From Octopus sinensis (Eukaryota), in the NCBI RefSeq assembly GCF_006345805.1, contig NC_043010.1, positions 28,830,001-28,894,000 on the forward strand: a DNA stretch of 64,000 nt. Reading direction: 5' to 3'. A model generated the notes under the pieces. It saw only the letters and a program-made list of their open reading frames with translations. It searched no databases and was not told the DNA's origin. Position numbers and translations under genes: made by a program. The number at the start of each line of letters is the position of its first letter. Position 1 is the first letter of the stretch. This document shows, piece after piece, positions 36,731 through 50,017 of the stretch.

Positions 36731-39700
36731 TATCACTCTCTAACACTCACGCACACACACATACAGTTTGAAATATAAATATAAATACAATACATACACA
36801 TATATGATATTATATATAATTTATTAGATATTAGAGCTTGTTAAATTATGTACAAATATAATTATTAGAAATAGTGTTTGCAGTCATGTGTTAGGCTGTA
36901 GTAAAGAGGAAAGTGTTTGAGTGTTTCTATAATAAGTGCCTTGTGCCCTATACCAATTATTCATCACCAGTTTCACATAAATCACTGCACCAACAAATTA
37001 ACAGTCAATAACAAAAGATTTCTATTCTTTTTTAATATAATTTCCATATTGTTTTGTTTTACTATTTTACACCCATATTTCCATGTAAGCGTGAGAGTAA
37101 TGAGTTTTCTTTTGTTCCATTTGTGGGAGCAATTGGTTTTAGACGTGGATGTCTGTTCTACAGCTAACTATATATCTTGGAAGCAAAATTTGACCTGCTG
37201 TTAATCAGGCAAACTTAGGCAAGCAGTATTTTGTGTCTGAACCCTAAGGGCACAACACACTGTGATATAGTAAATAAAGGTTGAACATATGATCAAGTAA
37301 ATGATGGAGAACCCCTTCACCTGAATCATAATTTTATTTGCATCCAATTCCAAAACTGCTCACCATTGAAGTCCTCTAAAAACCCAATTACTAAAAATAA
37401 TGGTTTAAGCTTTAAGACAAAACAGTAATTTAACACAAGTTGCATAGTAAAAATTCATTATTTTTCACAGCATTGATGCACCACCCACACAGGTTTTTTT
37501 TCTTATACCCTTACAATTCACTCATGGTACTAAAAGATCGTCCACACTCCTAAAAAAGTCCAGCACCTTAATCTCATGTCCAATGTACCTTTTGAGGTAA
37601 AAAAGAAAAAAATCTCTATACAAAATCTTGATATCACATTTCTACACTATCTCTGTCACAAAATGAAAACTAAGTTCAGTCAGTACCCCTTTATTAGTAA
37701 ACACCCCGCTGTTGTTAGCAATATTTTTATTTCAAAAATTGTTTCCCTACTGGTCTCTTCAGTCAACTTTTCCTGCTCTCCTTCTCTTCCATTATCACAT
37801 GTGTCTTTGTTCTACATATAGATCTTGCTCTAGGGACCATACTCATTTGTATTCCACCATTTTACCATGTCTGTATCTGCTTTCCATCATCTATTTCTGT
37901 TGCTTTATACCCTGTTGTCTATGTCTTACTTTAAGACCAAAGCTGTTTTTTTTAATTAACAGACATTCTAACTGTTGACCCCACTGTAAATTCACATTTT
38001 GACTGTTTGTCATCAGGCTTTTTTCATTTGCTGTTCCCTCTACCAATTGCCTATTTCTCTTTAATGACTAAACAAAATTCTTTAGCCTCTTATCTCCATG
38101 TAATATATAACATGCAGTTTTGGGATGGTCAAGACATTGGACTACCAATGTGCAAGGCTATTGTAGACATGTGTCTGAAACAATGACATCTGTGAAAAGT
38201 ATTTATCTGTCAGAACATTAATTCTATATTACATCAGTTCACCTAACCATTCAGAAAAGGTATTAGATCTCCTGTCAACAGGTAATACGTATACCATTAA
38301 CAGAAAACAAATCTACTTTTAATAGGTGACAGATCTATTATTAATAGGTAAAAAATCTCCTGTTTGCAGGAAACTGATCTTGTGAATCGATGGCATTTGT
38401 ATTTGAGGTAAGTAAAGAGAGACGAGATTTTTCTCACATCTGTACAATGTTGCAAGCTGTAGAGCTAAATACTGATTTTATAGACTTCCATAGTTCTGAC
38501 AGACATTATTCTTACAATTTTATTATATTATTACACATGTCAAATAACAATCCACAGAGAGAAACCATGTCATTTTCACTAGAATCCATAATTACATTTT
38601 TTTAATATAAATTTGACAATTCATTGTAAAGCTTTATTACAAAATACAACTGGTGATTGCATAAATATTATAATTATAATTAACATAATCATTATTTTCA
38701 TTACCATCCTCACAATACCAACACCATTACCACTTTATTTAATTTACATTCAGTTCTCATCACAATTTCGTTGCTTACACTGATACACTTTGATACCATC
38801 TTCTACATAGTTTATGTACACGTACATACATATATGGGTGCAGGCATGGCTGTGTGATTAAGACATTTGCTTCATAACCATGTGGTTTTGTGTTTGGATG
38901 CATAAGCCACACTTTGGGTAGCAAGTATCTGTACTAAATCTATGATCAATGGTTTGTGTGTGAAATTTGACGGATGGAAACTGCAGAAACACATTACACA
39001 CATACATCAATAGCACCAACAGCAATGTCTACACACGTATTGAGTCCTACAGTCCTACACTACAATGCCACCATCACCACTGTACATAAAAAGAACACAG
39101 CTAAAATCTTAAAAGTCAATGTGAATACTAAGAAATGACTGGTCAATTTTCATGGTGACTTCACACTGATAATGTTAACTCAACCTCCCAAACACTAGAC
39201 TCCCACTTAAGGGTCAGAAAATACTTCAGACCTTAGTGATCCTTTCTAAAACCCAAAGTGCAACTCAAATTAGAGTTGTTCTCACATATCAAGGATGGTA
39301 CTGTTGCCACACATACATACAAACTTCCCAGGCTTCACCCATCTAAGTGATTAGTAAAGTCAAGGTTCTCTCACCAGCACACTGCAACCCCTGGGCCAAC
39401 AGATGTAATCACTTCAACTGAAAACACAATAACCCTGCTCAACTAAATATCTTCATTAACCTACACTCTAGCTCACCCACTGCATTTACCTTTCATCATT
39501 CCCATGCCTCTTCCACTAAATCCTTCACTCAGTATTTTAACTAACAGAACTATAAACTTATTGAATTATAAAGTGGTTCAGTACTCCACAGGTACATGTA
39601 CCCTTAACATATTCTTCAGGTAGAATCAATAGGACAAACTGGGCTTTTGAATTACAAGTACAGTCCATTAGGTAGCCCTCTACAGAGTTTCTGTGAAACT

Positions 39701-41275
39701 AATTCACTCATGAAACTTGGGTCAATCTTACACAATAGTAGAAACTTGCCTAAGGTCTGCACTGTAATTGATTGAAAGATTTTATTACTGCAAAATGGAA
39801 CTCCTAAACTATTTAGCTATGTTGTAACCTTATATACACATACATATATATGTACACTCACTTACACATTCTTTAGTTTGTTTTTAATCATCACAGCTAA
39901 GGCCATGCTTGAGCATCCCCTTCAATGCATAATTATATCCAAGTAATACATACATGTTTCATATATATATATAAATATAATTTAAATTGCTCCATATAGA
40001 TTTAAATGTGTAGCTGCAACATATAATTACATAGTTCTATTGTAAGTATTTTGTGTTTGCCAGCATGGAAGGCGGATATTAAACACTGATGATGATGATT
40101 TAGAAATAACACACACATGAATATATATACATATATATGTGTGTGTACACATACCTCTGTAATTTGGTCCCACCTGGGACACCAAGCCTATAAACTAACT
40201 CAATATATTCCATCAATCAACACCTTATATGAGAGCTGTAGCAGTCTGTTTGTTAAGACACTGTTATTTAACCATAGGTTAGCTCTGATTAAGCACTTCA
40301 GTCACAACTGTCCTGTTCTGTAATAGATTGAGAATATCCTTTATTGTCTTTTTAAAATGAGAGAGGACTTGATTTGAGAGAGATTTAACTGCTATTTCTT
40401 ACAGATTGAGTGATTGTGTCAAGGCTACCTCATTTCAAATGAATTTTCACTCTTCCATATTCTGTGATGGAGAATAGTCCTGCATTTCTGGTAAGATAGA
40501 TAAACTCTTTAACACAGGTCCTGGGATATTAAAAGTTTGTGAGCCACATCTTACTGCTTAAAGGGTTAAACTGTTCTCAGTATATTTAGATGCAAACAGG
40601 TGCCATTATAATATATCCTGGGAGTAATATATATCTACACACACACACACACATTGTATTTGAAGGCCAATCTCAAAGATACCGAGTTGTATGAAGGAGA
40701 TTATTAAGGCCCAAGATATCTGGTGCATTGATGTACTCAAGAAGACCTGTTCACCACAACCAAATTGATACTGGTGCTGGTGCTACATAAAAAGCACTGG
40801 TGCTGGTACTACATAAAAAGCACCCAGTACACTCTGTGGAGTGGTTGGCATTAGGAAGGACATCCAGCCATAGAAACCATGTCAAAATAGACAATGGAGG
40901 ATGGTGTGGCTCCTGGCCTTACCAGCTCCAGTCAAATCATCCAACCCATGCCAGCATGGAAAATGAACATTAAATGACGATGATTTGATGGCATATAAGA
41001 TACACTTATTTTTTTACCAAAAAAAAAAAAATGCCTAAAAAGAAAAAAATTTCTCCAAGTCCTATATGTCAAGTTGGGCCCATATTACGTGCTTTAATGC
41101 ATTAAAAATTTTATCTCCTGAATATGTGCTGCTGAAATTGGGATGCGTCTAATATGCTTGTGAGTCTTTTATGCCATCAAGTATGGTATCTCTATCAAAC
41201 ATTTAATGTCATGAAGAGTTATGGGTAGAATGCAACACATCTTGATTACAATGATCAAAGACACAGCAGATGTAT

Positions 41276-41417
41276 GTGCAAGGACAAATTAAAATTTGAA
41301 AAGCAAACATAATTTGAGCCAAATGCTTAGTCATAGCTTCTTCTGTATAGTAGAAGCTATGATTAAGTATTTGGCTCAAATTATGCTTACTTTTCAAATT
41401 GTAACCTCTCCGTGCAC
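41276..41417. other. Long inverted repeat (49-bp core stem, 10-nt loop)
   Basis: 41293-41341 versus 41352-41400: 45/49 complementary, with weaker pairing out to 41276/41417. Confidence 0.85.
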
Positions 41418-41578
41418 CTAGCAAATTAAAGGTTCCCCACGTTGACAGTTTGCACTTAAACTGACACACATATCACTACCTTGATTGTTCTACACCCTAG
41501 TAATGTCTAGGTTAAATCCTTGAATCACAAAAAATGAATGAATGACATAATATGATTTTCATATATGTATGTATGTAT

Positions 41579-41635
<57 letters not shown>

Positions 41636-43745
41636 ATTATGTTAAGAAACTATACTCTTCATATCAGCCCTTCTGATATGTTGAGTGCCAGGATTGGGTT
41701 TCCCTTAACTCTCATGTATGAAACCACTTAGAAGTATAATACTGTATTTCACACACACACACACATGCGTGCACACATACATATGGAGAATACATATATA
41801 TACACATTATTATAACTAAGATCTCAAAATATGCAACTCTGTATAGATTTCCAACACAGATACACACTTACACATACCAGAAACACTGCATGCCCTACAT
41901 GCATTATGGACATAGTCTTATGGCACAGTCTTAATTTTCTGACTATTATTTTTTAGTAACTTCTTTATAGTAGTCTGCGTGTGTATGTTTGTGTGTGTTT
42001 TTGTATGTGTGTGTGCATACACACATATATCAAGGAAATATTAATGCATTACATGGAATATAATACAGCATTGTGTTTGTTATGGAGTATAGAATAGTGA
42101 TATTGAAGTTAATGACTGGTGTTCAGTTTAACTTTTTGAAAGGTGATGACAAGTAGATGTGCATGAGTACATGTGCATGTTGTGTGTGTGTATGTGTATG
42201 TATGTGTGTGTGTGTTTGTGTGAGGAGGAAGAATGTTCCTAAGTGATGTAGAGAAAGATTTGGATGAAATGTTTAGTATAAATTAAGGGACAAAGTAGCA
42301 CACAAAAAAAAACGGACAAGGTTTAGTTGAGAGTGGCAGGAAAAGGAGAAAGAATTTAAGTGAGGGCTCAGCAAATTTTGGAAGAGAAGTTATTATCGTA
42401 CTAATGAGTAGGTGGTGAGAATGACACAACTTGATTGGGAGAAATTCTGTGGTTATTGATGTTCTAAATGTATTTAATGTTACTCATTAGAATGCATTTA
42501 GGATCTGTACAGCCTTCACAGTTAATCAATAAGATTTAGCATCTAACAATAGAGGCTCAGTCATTGTGATGTAATCTTGGTTGTGTGAATAACGGAGAAT
42601 TATCATAAGGAAATATGGAAGATTTTAATGACAATGACAGTTTTAGTAGGTTAGCAGAACAGTTTTGGTAGGGTTTTGTAAAGAATGAAATGGACTTTAA
42701 TTGTGTTTTATAAGGAGCATGATAGTTTTGTTTTTTCTCTCTCTTGTAATGGTCACAATGATTATTTAGCTGTATATTGTAATGATTGTGATAGTTATTT
42801 AGCTGTAAAGATTGTAATGATTTTTAAACATTTTAATCTGGTGTTGAGAAAAGTGTCATGGCTCATGAACGGTGGAGGTGGGGAGCAGTTGCTGTTTTTT
42901 TTTGTGCTTTACTGTGTGTGTTATGATGTGTTGAATGAATTTGGTGGCATCCCACAGTAAAATGTTTTGGCAGTCTTCATTCGTGGAAGATATATTAAGC
43001 ATGGTGGGATGTGTTGATGTTGCATGTGGATACAGACTTGGGTATGAAAAGGAAAGAGGATTGTTATGCACTGCCATTGGCTTAAGATTGTATATAGTTG
43101 GAAGTGACCTCATGAGAGTCATTGATGTAAAGGAGAAAGAAGACTGAAGAGAACAAAAAAGCCTTGCAGTACACCTTCATTGATAGAGGGAGAAGTGGAA
43201 AGAGCTCCAGAAACACATGCTGCAATGGAGTGACTTGTCAGGATGTAGAAAATGAAAAGATAAATAAAATAAATAAGTAAATAAAAAAAAAAAAAATACC
43301 ACAAATATAAAATGATTAAGATTTTGTATGTTTCACAGTGACATTTTTCTACAGTGACATTATTTGTACATACCCCTTGCCATGAATACTACAAAGGGTA
43401 AGATTGCAAATAGTTCCACTAACATTGGCAATGCTACAATGGCATTGGAGTGCAATAATGGTATTTTTATGACAATGTGCAAAGATAGTTAGAACACAGA
43501 AGATAGAGATATCCACTAGAATTTTAGGGGACAATCTCTACATATTCCTTACAGCCATCAGTCCACCTTGTCTAAACTTGCTCGCTTGTTAAAGTTTTTT
43601 CTATTATGAAGAAGTATGGTGACTGTGTATGTGTGTGTGTATGGAGGGGGGTATGGTAGAATGGAATAACAGACCCCTGCAATAGTAGCATGGCAACAAG
43701 GAAGGGGCAGGTGGGTTGGGCTAAAAAGAGGAGGGAGCCTGAAAT

Positions 43746-44765
43746 TTAAACAAATACTGAAGAATTCGGATTATTGGGTTCGGTTGAATTTGGGTTTGGA
43801 TGAAGCTGTGTTTGTGGGTTTGGCCTTTGTCCTGACCTTGCCCCACTTCCTGCATTCCCACTGGCCCCATGGTGTCCATGTGAGCTTGGTGGGCCATGGT
43901 TGTGTTGGTCTCCACCAAAAGGTGATGTATTAGAATAGTAGCCAACACCCTTTTCACTGTTGCCAGCATTACCGGTATTGTTGACTCCTCCCGTTCGGGC
44001 AGAAGATGATGAAGATGAAGACGAAGGTGGTGATGTTGGTGATGTTGCACCAGCATTTGGATTGAGTGATGACAGCCGCTGCACTTGATGAGCCTTCTCA
44101 TGGCATTTTAGTATCGATCGATGCATGAAAACTTTGCCACAGAGATCGCAGCAGAAGCTTTTCTTGTGGGCATGGTTACGCACATGTGTCTTCAAATTCC
44201 CCTTTTGGCTGAACGACTTCCAGCAGATATCACACTGGAACGGTTTCTCACCAGTATGGCGACGCCTGTGAATTTTCAGGTTTCCTCTTTGACTAAAACA
44301 TTTCTGGCAGATTTCACACTGGAATGGTTTCTCACCTGTGTGTGTCCGCATGTGATTACGGAGTGTTGAGATATGATTAAAGATTTTTTTACAAGTATCG
44401 CAAGGATATGATTTTGATTCAGTGTGAGCAGACTTTTTGTGTGCCTTCAGCTGATCATAAAGCGGGAAGTTTTCACCACAAATATCACACTTGAAGTTTT
44501 TACTTTCAAAATGGTCTCGTTTGTGTGCCTTGAGTTGGTCGAACGTCTGGAAATTGTCCCCACAGACGTCACAGCTGAATTGGTGTGGCTGTGGGGGTGG
44601 CTGTGGCTGTTGGGGAGGAGGCAGTGGCTGTGCCTGTTGGCTGTTGCTGTTGTTTGGTGCACTGTTGTCGCCCTGGTTACCGTGATGATGGTGGTGGTGA
44701 TGGTGATGGTGGTGGTGGTGATGGTGACCCATGCCACCACTGTACATTGGCTGCATTGGAAACAT
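43746..44765 (-). CDS. C2H2 zinc-finger protein: 15-His tract, Gln/Pro-rich segment, six fingers (two TGEKP linkers), Ser/Gly/Asn/His-rich tail
   Basis: Intact 339-aa ORF with six CxxC...HxxxH(H) units; putative acceptor AACAG| at 44773, 8 nt upstream of the ATG. Confidence 0.95.
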   Translation of the reverse strand: MFPMQPMYSGGMGHHHHHHHHHHHHHHHGNQGDNSAPNNSNSQQAQPLPPPQQPQPPPQPHQFSCDVCGDNFQTFDQLKAHKRDHFESKNFKCDICGENFPLYDQLKAHKKSAHTESKSYPCDTCKKIFNHISTLRNHMRTHTGEKPFQCEICQKCFSQRGNLKIHRRRHTGEKPFQCDICWKSFSQKGNLKTHVRNHAHKKSFCCDLCGKVFMHRSILKCHEKAHQVQRLSSLNPNAGATSPTSPPSSSSSSSSARTGGVNNTGNAGNSEKGVGYYSNTSPFGGDQHNHGPPSSHGHHGASGNAGSGARSGQRPNPQTQLHPNPNSTEPNNPNSSVFV

Positions 44766-46312
44766 GGGGTCAACTGTTCACTCACAGAAACTAATATATT
44801 TTTTGGATGTAAATATGTTTACACCTTTTATATATATTTCTTAATTATTGAATTAATTAAAAAATGATTATCTTTTTTTTTAGTTTCAAACAACAACGAC
44901 CATGACAATCACAATAACAATGACAACAACCACAACAACCACTGCCTCTACAACGATTATGACTTGAAAGTGTTACCAATTACTTCAAGACACAAATAAT
45001 ACAGTAAACTACTCTTTAAAAATGCAACTGAAATTGTTTGTATCAGCTCAACCTCTTTAACAAAATCAGGTTTATAGTGTGTAACCCAGACCAGTAAGAC
45101 GGCTACCACTTGAAGTAAAATGGTGCATCATGGGTAATAACAGAGAATACTAATGACAGAACATGTCTTTTGTTATTTTTCATTTACTTTTTTTTTCTTT
45201 TCTATTATTCCTATGTTCATTTTTCTAAGGAACAACATACTCTCTTCATTGTCATCAGTTAAACTGAAATTGTATAAACGAACTTAAAAACACAACTTGA
45301 AAGTCATTCATTTAGGACTTAGATAAAAATTAGATTTCTTTGGTTTGTTTTGAAAAGAGGGAGAGAGAGAAAAAGAAAAGAAGCAGACTGAGTTATTTTA
45401 GTTGGAAGGAATATGCACTCTTTCTCTCATACTTGCTTTCTAGCTGTCTATCCATCTATCTATCAGTTCCTACAAAAATAAAGATACTTTATACAAATGC
45501 CAGTAAAATTTTCAGACAGAGCTTCTTCATATTTTTGTCCAGGAAATTTTTATGGGACATTTATAATAAAAAAAAGATTAATGCATATGAAAAAATTTCA
45601 GCATAAAACACACCAAAGAAAAAAATAATAACTAAAAGATTAATTAATACAAAAATATCACCAAAGAAACTTTTTTTTTTTCACATTCAGCAGACAAAAA
45701 AACAAATAAATATCATTATTTTGGGTTCTTCATAAAAAAAAAAAAATCCCTTTAAATTGTAAATGGTTATCAGAAAGATTGTTTAATGTTCTTCCGTTTT
45801 CTTTTTATCTGCAAACATCTAATATAAACTTTTAAAAAATACTGTAAACTAATAACTCTATTCCAGTAATTTTGTAAATCAGAACCATGTGCAAGTTTGA
45901 GTTCAATTGTTTTCTTGGTATCAGCTTTCTATAAACAAATTCTTGTTTGGTTTAAAATAACTATTAATCTCTTTATGTTACTATCTTGATATACACATAA
46001 CTATATAAACACACATTCAGACAGCTATACAAACACACTCACACCCACACACACAAACACACACATATATGTATACATGTGTATGCTTATACATATACCC
46101 GCTTATAAAATATATATGTCAGTATTTATTGACATTGGGATATATCTACGTTTTTGTGTGCAGTAAATAAAACATGTCAGAAAAAATAACAAGCACCAAA
46201 CTGGTCCATGCAATCTTGGCATGAACTGAAAGTATTTAGCTGTAGGAAGGACAGTGGGCAATGATTGGTCTGAAAACAGCTTGAGACAATCTCAAGAATG
46301 ATGATGCTTTAC

Positions 46313-46508
46313 CAGAGTTGTTACACTACTGAACCACAAACCAGATTGCACTTCAATTTAACGCATTGATATTAATGTCTATAGTTGTTCTATGTGTGAT
46401 TTTGTCAAATTTAATGCTGTAGGTGCCATTGAAATGCAGACTGAACAGCTTTACACTGTGTCTATTGGCTCAATATCTGGAGGAGCCATCTTCTTGCTGT
46501 GGTCAAAC
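46313..46508 (-). other. Candidate upstream exon of the ZNF transcript (196 nt, contains three uORFs)
   Basis: Acceptor TTCTAAATTCTTTTGCAG|G and donor CTG|GTAAAG. Confidence 0.5.
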
Positions 46509-47409
46509 CTGCAAAAGAATTTAGAAAGAAATAGAACAATATTAAAAATTCCACTGATTTAACAAATAAACAATGTTAGAATATTATAAGGTCATATAAT
46601 ATATTGGTTTTAAATTTTGGCACAAGGCCAGCAATTTTTGGGGAGGGAGTAAGTCAATTACATCAATCCCAGAGTTCAACTAATACTTATTTTATTGATC
46701 CCAATGGGATGAAAGGCAAAGCTGATCTTGACGGAATTTGAACTCAGAACATAAATGGACAAAATACCACTAAGCATTTTGTCCAGCATGCTAATGATTC
46801 TGCCAGCTCGCAGCCTTAATTTCTTATAAAATATTATTAAACAGTTAATAGTTAATAATTAAATTTAATCAGTTCTAACTGATTTTGATTTTTTGTAAGC
46901 ACAGCCTGCGATAATTTGGTCTATTTTTGATATTTTATTATTAGTAATAATTATTGTACTAAGCAAACTTAGGCTTACCTGGCTTCCTAATCCATAATGC
47001 TTAGTCTCCCATCCTTATTATTGTTGTATTAGATGCAGGGCAAATTTTTGATACATTTAAATACAAAAAGAAGGCATGTCTTGTATACTGGTAAATATGG
47101 TTTATAAAAATGCCTATGATTAACCTAAGATGAAGGAAAAAGTGTCAATAAAGCTGCAGTAAATGAACTGAATGACACTTGTTAGAAAGCAGTACAGCAA
47201 ATATGAGTTGACTAGTTTGAGGCAAAATAGGTCTGATTATTTTCACACTTTTGAAAAACATTTGAGTACACCATAGATCAGACAAGAGATATGCATGATG
47301 CCACCATGACAAAACCAACCATCAAGATAGTCAGATTAGTGATGCCTTGTATGTTGTCATATAGCTGTTGTCAGCTCCTTATCCAGCCTTTTGATATCCT
47401 TGCAGCATT

Positions 47410-47725
47410 CAGACATAATGAGTGGGAGAAGAGTGACAGAAAAATGAGATGAGTAGTATAACAGTAAAAGGGTAAAAAGACCCTCCTTGGTTATGAATGA
47501 CCTTGAGATTGCACTTAGAAAGTTCCCCTCTGAGGCACAAGTCTGGGCAAGGTATTTCATGGAAGACCAGCCTGATGATATCCAAACTCATTTCTACAGC
47601 TGCATGAACTGGACTAACTTGAAATAAAGTGTCTTGCTCAAGAACACAATACAGCCCGATCCAGGAATCGAACTCACAACCACATGATTGTGAGCACAAC
47701 ACTCTAACCACTGAGCCATGTGCCA
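47410..47725 (-). mobile_element. Full-length tRNA-derived SINE
   Basis: A-box GGCTCAGTGGTTAGAG and B-box GAGTTCGATTCC on minus strand. Confidence 0.85.
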
Positions 47726-48947
47726 CAATAACAGTAAACAGCTATATAAAGAAAACATTAAAAAATAACAAATTATCTAAAACCAAAACCAAAAACAATT
47801 TTAAAAATCATTTAAACGAAAATAAATATCTTTTTAATATAATAATTATGACAATGATAAATATTTAATGTCCAATTCCATTAATTTATCAAGTTCTAAT
47901 ATATCTAATTAATTTTTTTCTAATATAATTCAGAGTCCTAAATTTGGTGCCAAGCAGTCATATTTATTATTTTAATAATTAATTATTTGTATTGATTAAT
48001 TTCTACTGATGGAGATAAAAAAAAAATATAAAAAAAAAACAGAAACCAATTCTTGGTCTAACAATTCAGAAAGTAAATCTTTTGAAAACAAGTGAAATAT
48101 ATCTTTTAATGAGCTTAAATCAACATTTTCATGTTTCAAATTATCTTATTCTGAAAAAAATCAATGTTTTTTTTTAAATTTGAGTTTTTGCTTTCTTTTT
48201 CTTATCTTTTTCCTTTCCCTGTCTTGCAAGTTAACTGGTTACCCCACTAGTGCTGGTAGCATGAGACAAGCACCCAGTACACACTGTAACATGGTTAATA
48301 CTTGCAAGGGCATCCAGTTGTAGAACCTGTGTCAAATGTGAAATAGGGTTCAATGCAGCCTAGCAGATCACCAGATCCTGTCAAACTATCCAACCCATGT
48401 CAGTATGGAAAACAGACATTAAATGATGATGATGAAGAGGAGGAGGAGGATGAATAAAAAAAACAAACTTTTGCACATAAACTTGCACCCCAAACCACTA
48501 TCTTTGCACCTAAAAATCTGCTTTTCATACATATGACTTATTAAATATGAAAATTGGGAAATTTTTAGAACTAAAACCAGTCAGAGTTTGGAACCATTGT
48601 AATGCTATTCTTCTTCTTTGCACTTTTTTTTTATTTAAGTTTATTAACAAAGCTCTCAATATCACAAATCTATTAGAGCTTACCTCAAAATGTACCACTT
48701 GCTTCAGATGTGTGTGTGTGTGTGTGTGTTGTGACAATAGTAATTTTGATGTTTGAAGAAAGCATCACCATTATCATTAATCATCCACTTTTCCATGCTT
48801 GCATAGGACAGACAGACAGAATTTGTTGTGGCAAACTTTCTACAGCTAGATGCTCTTTTTGTCAATGATTACCTGTTGCCAAGCAAGGAAATCTTTCCCC
48901 ATAAGACTGGAATTGAACATCACTTGCATGATGGTGATACTCACTCA

Positions 48948-49007
<60 letters not shown>

Positions 49008-49986
49008 ACACACATACAGAAATATACAATGGACTTCTTTCAGTTTCTATCTACCAAATCCAATTGCAAGGCTTTGGTTGACCTACGGCTACAGTAGAAG
49101 AAATTTGGTCAAGGGATTTTGCAGTGAGACTGAACCTGAGACCACATAAGCTTCTCAACCACACAGTCATGCCTACTCCTGTGTAAGTATACTGATTTTT
49201 TCTGGGACTTTTTTTCATTCAATTTTTCCATGTTTTGCCCCATAATCTTTTTTCTACTTCACTAATTTTGACAAAGTTTATAGAATAAGATTTCTCTTAC
49301 TGAAATCTTTTATTTAAGTGTAATTAAAAAATAATAAAGAAATAAGGTAACTATAGAGTAACACATCTTATAATAACTTTTTTTAACCCAACCAATTTTC
49401 TGTTATATCTTGAAATATAGCAAAGCACTGGTCCTTTTCAATAAACTTAACAACATTTAATTTGGTTGAGAATTGTATTAGCTAGAGTGGTTGTGAGAAA
49501 GTAAATGTTGACCTTAAGAATATCGGCTTCAAATTTTAGCACAAGACCAGCAGGTTTGGGGGATGGGAGCTAAGTTGATTACATTGACCCCAGAGTTCAA
49601 CTGGTGCTTATTTTATTGACCTGAAAGGATGAAAGGCAAACTCAACCCCAGTGAAATTCGAACTCAGAACATAATGACGGATGAAATGCTGCTAAGCATT
49701 TCACCTGGTGCCCTTTTGACCTTAAGAATATTATTTACCCATGTCAGTGGGTAAATGATTTATGAAATTAAAAATGAAATAAATATACTGACACCATGTG
49801 GGGGTCATATTAACAGTCCCTGAGTATCTATATCTCACCTTTTGTATTCAACACAACTTTAAAAAAAAAGAACTATATTATAACAATTCAAATTTGCAAG
49901 AGGAATACAACCTTAAAATTTGATTAATAATTGATATGCTTGCTTAACATTATGAATGTAATTAAAAAAAAACAACCTTAAAACCA

Positions 49987-50017
49987 TGCCCTGGGTGAGG
50001 TTCAAACTCACAACCTC
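49987..50017 (-). pseudogene. tRNA 3'-half fragment (Met/Ile-like T-arm and acceptor strand, CpG-decayed)
   Basis: Minus GAGGTTGTGAGTTTGAACCTCACCCAGGGCA followed by T-tracts; no matching 5' half seen. Confidence 0.45.

Noticed and set aside
40770-40821. 26-bp tandem duplication
   Set aside because: Variable tandem unit inside the RTE/SINE tail, also seen in other copies
44121-44867. Plus-strand ORFs of 82, 147, 64 and 69 aa and the minus 112-aa alternative frame
   Set aside because: Shadow frames of the zinc-finger CDS and its His-codon repeat
47230-47410. Minus-strand transmembrane-like peptide QLYDNIQGITNLTILMVGFVMVASCISLV
   Set aside because: No usable acceptor; preceded by an in-frame stop and abutting a SINE
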